This document shows, piece after piece, positions 60,963 to 64,000 of a stretch of 64,000 nt of DNA. Numbering within the stretch: the first letter of the stretch is position 1; each line of letters opens with the position of its first letter. The stretch spans positions 18,570-82,569 of the forward strand of contig JAFGVM010000016.1 in the NCBI GenBank assembly GCA_016937995.1, read 5' to 3'. Under the pieces are notes generated by a model. The model was not told the DNA's origin, searched no databases, and saw nothing but the letters and a program-made list of their open reading frames with translations. Source of the DNA: Candidatus Delongbacteria bacterium. Its GTDB lineage: Bacteria; UBA4055. The position numbers and the translations under genes are program-made.

Positions 60963-61223
60963 TTATTTTTTGCGCTCTACAACTTCAACAAGATACCAAG
61001 TTTTTCTTTTACTGAACTTTCTTGATTCTCTTATCTTAACTTTATCACCTTCGTTACACTGATTCTCAGGATCGTGAGCCAGATACTTCTTGCTTCTGTT
61101 ATAGAATTTCTTATATGTCGGGTGCTTAACCTTTCTTGTTACAAGAACACCTATCGTTTTATCCATTTTGTCGCTTACAACGATTCCGGTTCTTTCTTTC
61201 TTTAGATTTTCTCTTTCTACCAT
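60963..61223 (-). CDS. rpsQ: 30S ribosomal protein S17
   Basis: 86 aa. Confidence 0.9.
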   Translation of the reverse strand: MVERENLKKERTGIVVSDKMDKTIGVLVTRKVKHPTYKKFYNRSKKYLAHDPENQCNEGDKVKIRESRKFSKRKTWYLVEVVERKK

Positions 61224-61255
61224 TTATTTGCTCCAACAAATTTTAAATTCAAGTT

Positions 61256-61468
61256 CTACTGTTCAGCTTTATCCTGATCTGAAACTTTTTTCTCAGTAAA
61301 AATAGTATTCATTCTAGCTATTTCTTTTCTAAGATTTCTGATCATCAATGGATTTTCAAGTTGATTCAAAGAATGCTTGAATTTTAATTCATCTAGATCT
61401 TGTTGTGCAGTATGAATTTTTTTTAGGAGTTCGTCCTTTGTCAATTCTTTGATCTCAGCTACTTTCAT
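61256..61468 (-). CDS. rpmC: 50S ribosomal protein L29
   Basis: 70 aa. Confidence 0.85.
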   Translation of the reverse strand: MKVAEIKELTKDELLKKIHTAQQDLDELKFKHSLNQLENPLMIRNLRKEIARMNTIFTEKKVSDQDKAEQ

Positions 61469-61471
61469 TTA

Positions 61472-61891
61472 TTACTCCCCAAATTCTTTTCTTGAACAAA
61501 ATTTAGTTTTAATTGGCAACTTATTTGAAGCTAAAGTCAAAGCCTTCTTTGCCAATCCCTCTTCTACTCCCTGCACTTCAAAAAGGATCTTACCTGGCTT
61601 AACAACTGCTACCCAATGTTCCGGTGCACCCTTTCCCTTACCCATTCTAGTCTCTGCTGGTTTACTGGTAATCGGTTTATCCGGAAATACTCTGATCCAC
61701 ATCTTACCACCTCTTTTCATGGTTCTGTTGATGGCGACACGGGCAGCTTCTATCTGTCTGGAAGTCATCCAAAATTGCTCTAGCGCTTTGAGTCCATAGT
61801 CCCCAAATGCAATTGTGCTTCCTTTATATGCCAAACCCTTTGATAGATTTTTTTGTACTTTTCTGTGCTTAACTTTTCTTGGCATTAACAT
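61472..61891 (-). CDS. rplP: 50S ribosomal protein L16
   Basis: [11 protein letters not shown]. Confidence 0.9.
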   Translation of the reverse strand: MLMPRKVKHRKVQKNLSKGLAYKGSTIAFGDYGLKALEQFWMTSRQIEAARVAINRTMKRGGKMWIRVFPDKPITSKPAETRMGKGKGAPEHWVAVVKPGKILFEVQGVEEGLAKKALTLASNKLPIKTKFCSRKEFGE

Positions 61892-61906
61892 ACTACTTTT
61901 TCTCCG

Positions 61907-62551
61907 CTAAGAATTATTTTTCAAGTATCCAAATTTTTCACCGTTATAAACCCATACTTTCACTCCTAATCTTCCGTAGGATGTGTGAGCTTCAACTAAA
62001 GCATAGTCAATATCTGATCTTAACGTATGAAGTGGTACTCTTCCCTTATGGTAACTTTCAGTTCTTGCCATGTCAGCTCCACCAAGTCTACCACTGCATT
62101 GTACCTTAATACCTTGAACATTCGCTTTCATTGCCATGTCCATTGACTTTTTCATCGCCCTTCTGAAATTAACTCTTCTTTCAAGCTGTTTAGCGATAGA
62201 TTCTCCTATGAGATATGCGTCTGTTTCAGGTCTTTTAATTTCGAAAATGTTTAAATTGATCTTCTTCTTGAAAACAGTTTTCAACTCTTCCTTAAGTAGT
62301 TCAATCTCACTACCTTTTCGACCTATAACTATTCCAGGCTTTGCAGTATGGATACTGAGCTTAATCTCTTTAGGCTTTCTTTCGATTATCACCTTGGATA
62401 CTGACGCATCATTCAATCTTGTTCTCAAATACTTTTTTATTTTGAGATCTTCTAAAAGATTCTCTGAAAAGTTCTTCTGATCGAACCAAATTGAGTTCCA
62501 CGTTCTGTTGATTCCCAGGCGAAGCGATATCGGATTACATTTTTGACCCAA
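61907..62551 (-). CDS. rpsC: 30S ribosomal protein S3
   Basis: 214 aa with KH domain. Confidence 0.9.
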   Translation of the reverse strand: MGQKCNPISLRLGINRTWNSIWFDQKNFSENLLEDLKIKKYLRTRLNDASVSKVIIERKPKEIKLSIHTAKPGIVIGRKGSEIELLKEELKTVFKKKINLNIFEIKRPETDAYLIGESIAKQLERRVNFRRAMKKSMDMAMKANVQGIKVQCSGRLGGADMARTESYHKGRVPLHTLRSDIDYALVEAHTSYGRLGVKVWVYNGEKFGYLKNNS

Positions 62552-62560
62552 AAAGTCCCC

Positions 62561-62905
62561 CTATTCTTTTGTCGACACTTTAATAAAAATGTGACTTGTT
62601 CTTTTTCTGATTCTGGTAGCCCTGCCTTGAGCACGCGGCTTGAATCTTTTCATTGTAGGCCCTTCATCAGCATACATTTCAGCAATGAATACATTGCTTG
62701 TATCTATAGCTACATCTCTATTTGTGTCAATAAGATTTGCTACAGCTGATTTCAATGTTTTTTCTATTGGTTTAGCTGCAAAGTTAGGTGTGAATTTTAA
62801 TATATTGATCGCTGATTCAACATCTTTCTCTTTGATCAATTCTAAAACCAATCTAACCTTATTAACAGGATATCCTACCCATTTTGCTTTTGCATATGCT
62901 TCCAT
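62561..62905 (-). CDS. rplV: 50S ribosomal protein L22
   Basis: 114 aa. Confidence 0.9.
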   Translation of the reverse strand: MEAYAKAKWVGYPVNKVRLVLELIKEKDVESAINILKFTPNFAAKPIEKTLKSAVANLIDTNRDVAIDTSNVFIAEMYADEGPTMKRFKPRAQGRATRIRKRTSHIFIKVSTKE

Positions 62906-62914
62906 TACTTCCTC

Positions 62915-63202
62915 TTATTTTTTCTTTGAGGCTTTTTCTGATTTCTTCTCAGGATGACCTCTGAATGTTCTAGTTAAAGAAAATTCACCTAATTTATGAC
63001 CAACATGATTTTCCGTAATATATACAGGAATAAATTGTTTTCCGTTATGTACAGCGACTGTATGGCCTATAAACTCTGGAACTATTGTTGATCTCCTTGA
63101 CCAAGTTTTTAAAACACTTTTCTGCTTGGTTTGGTTCATCTTCATGATCTTATTCATTAAATGATCATCAACGAATGGTCCTTTTTTTACGGATCTTGGC
63201 AT
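62915..63202 (-). CDS. rpsS: 30S ribosomal protein S19
   Basis: 95 aa. Confidence 0.9.
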   Translation of the reverse strand: MPRSVKKGPFVDDHLMNKIMKMNQTKQKSVLKTWSRRSTIVPEFIGHTVAVHNGKQFIPVYITENHVGHKLGEFSLTRTFRGHPEKKSEKASKKK

Positions 63203-63219
63203 TTAATAAACTCCGGTGT

Positions 63220-64000
63220 TTATTTTTTTCTTTTCTTTATTATGTACTTATCAGATGATTTTCTGATCTTTCTGGTCTTATAACCTTTTGCGTAAACTCC
63301 CCAAGGTGATACTGGTTGTCTTCCACCAGTTGTTCTACCTTCACCACCACCATGTGGGTGATCTACCGGGTTCATTGCTGCACCCCTGACTGTAGGTCTT
63401 TTACCTTTCCATCTGCTTCTTCCAGCTTTTCCGCTAACTTGCTTGAAGTGGTCAATATTACCTACCTGTCCTAATGTTGCATAACAGTTCTGATGTACCA
63501 ATCTAACCTCACCAGATGGCATTTTGACGTGACAGTAATTACCATCTTTCGCCATCAAAACTGCATAAGATCCAGCGGATCTTATTATTTGAGCTCCTTT
63601 ACCGATCTTAAGTTCAATATTGTGTATCATTTGACCAACTGGTATTGATTTTAAAGGTAATGCATTTCCGGTTCTGATCTCAACATTTTCACCTGTTTCA
63701 ACTTTATCACCAACTTGTAACCCTGCAGGTGCAAGAATATACCTTTTTTCACCATCAACATAATTTAACAAAGCAATTCTAGCTGTTCTGTTAGGATCAT
63801 ACTCAATTGCTGCAACTGTTGCTAAAATATTGATCTTGTTTCTTTTAAAATCAATAATCCTGAAAGCTTGCTTATGTCCACCACCAATATGCCTGGTAGT
63901 GATCCTTCCCAAGTTGTTTCGACCGCCGGTCTTGGTCTTCTTTTGAATCAATGATCTTTCGGGCTTAGTCTTTGTTACTTCGCTAAAATCCGAAATAGTC
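63220..64000 (-). CDS. rplB: 50S ribosomal protein L2, 5-prime truncated by window end
   Basis: The in-frame upstream translation continues to the window edge (..[26 protein letters not shown]). The TTG at 63951 in the ORF track is internal. Confidence 0.9.
   Translation of the reverse strand, partial: TISDFSEVTKTKPERSLIQKKTKTGGRNNLGRITTRHIGGGHKQAFRIIDFKRNKINILATVAAIEYDPNRTARIALLNYVDGEKRYILAPAGLQVGDKVETGENVEIRTGNALPLKSIPVGQMIHNIELKIGKGAQIIRSAGSYAVLMAKDGNYCHVKMPSGEVRLVHQNCYATLGQVGNIDHFKQVSGKAGRSRWKGKRPTVRGAAMNPVDHPHGGGEGRTTGGRQPVSPWGVYAKGYKTRKIRKSSDKYIIKKRKK

Overview
This window is low-GC (about 33 %) bacterial chromosome from an uncultured FCB-group-like organism. The evidence is two Fibrobacter-type FISUMP lipoproteins, an OmpA protein with thrombospondin-type-3 repeats, and many TPR proteins. 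The sequence alone cannot name the phylum; Cloacimonadota or Fibrobacterota are likely. Positions 1-11 kb carry a sugar-utilisation locus: the tail of a MalK-like ATPase, an unusual solute-binding-protein::permease fusion, a permease with a giant periplasmic insertion, class II FBA and a cytoplasmic GH38 alpha-mannosidase. A small GIY-YIG gene sits in this locus between GTCATTGCGAGG-type palindromic repeats. Positions 11-21 kb are an accessory stretch full of REP-like hairpins. It includes an IS200/RAYT-type Y1 transposase flanked by inverted REP hairpins. It also encodes a secreted caspase(C14)-coiled-coil-FGE/SUMF1 protein, a DUF4143 AAA ATPase, and an LPP20-like/DUF4384 lipoprotein (DUF4384 is a caspase-associated domain). 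Positions 21-40 kb hold housekeeping genes: GT2, an ECF sigma/anti-sigma pair, rlmH, pdxJ, a secreted NUC nuclease, glnA, dtd, a TPR-histidine kinase overlapping a TPR-GGDEF, an aroE-aroK fusion, and pyrR-pyrB-pyrC with an intercistronic terminator. Positions 41-45 kb encode a non-canonical Hsp70 paralog with a roughly 400-aa acidic repetitive tail, co-transcribed with a TPR/J-like protein lacking HPD and a GrpE-like protein. After this come OmpA/TSP3, ligA, a family-4 UDG, a second FGE-domain protein with a zinc ribbon, and tRNA-Pro(TGG). The complete spc/alpha ribosomal cluster runs from rplB (truncated at the window end) to rplQ on the minus strand, and includes secY, adk, infA and rpmJ. 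No CRISPR array or rRNA was found.
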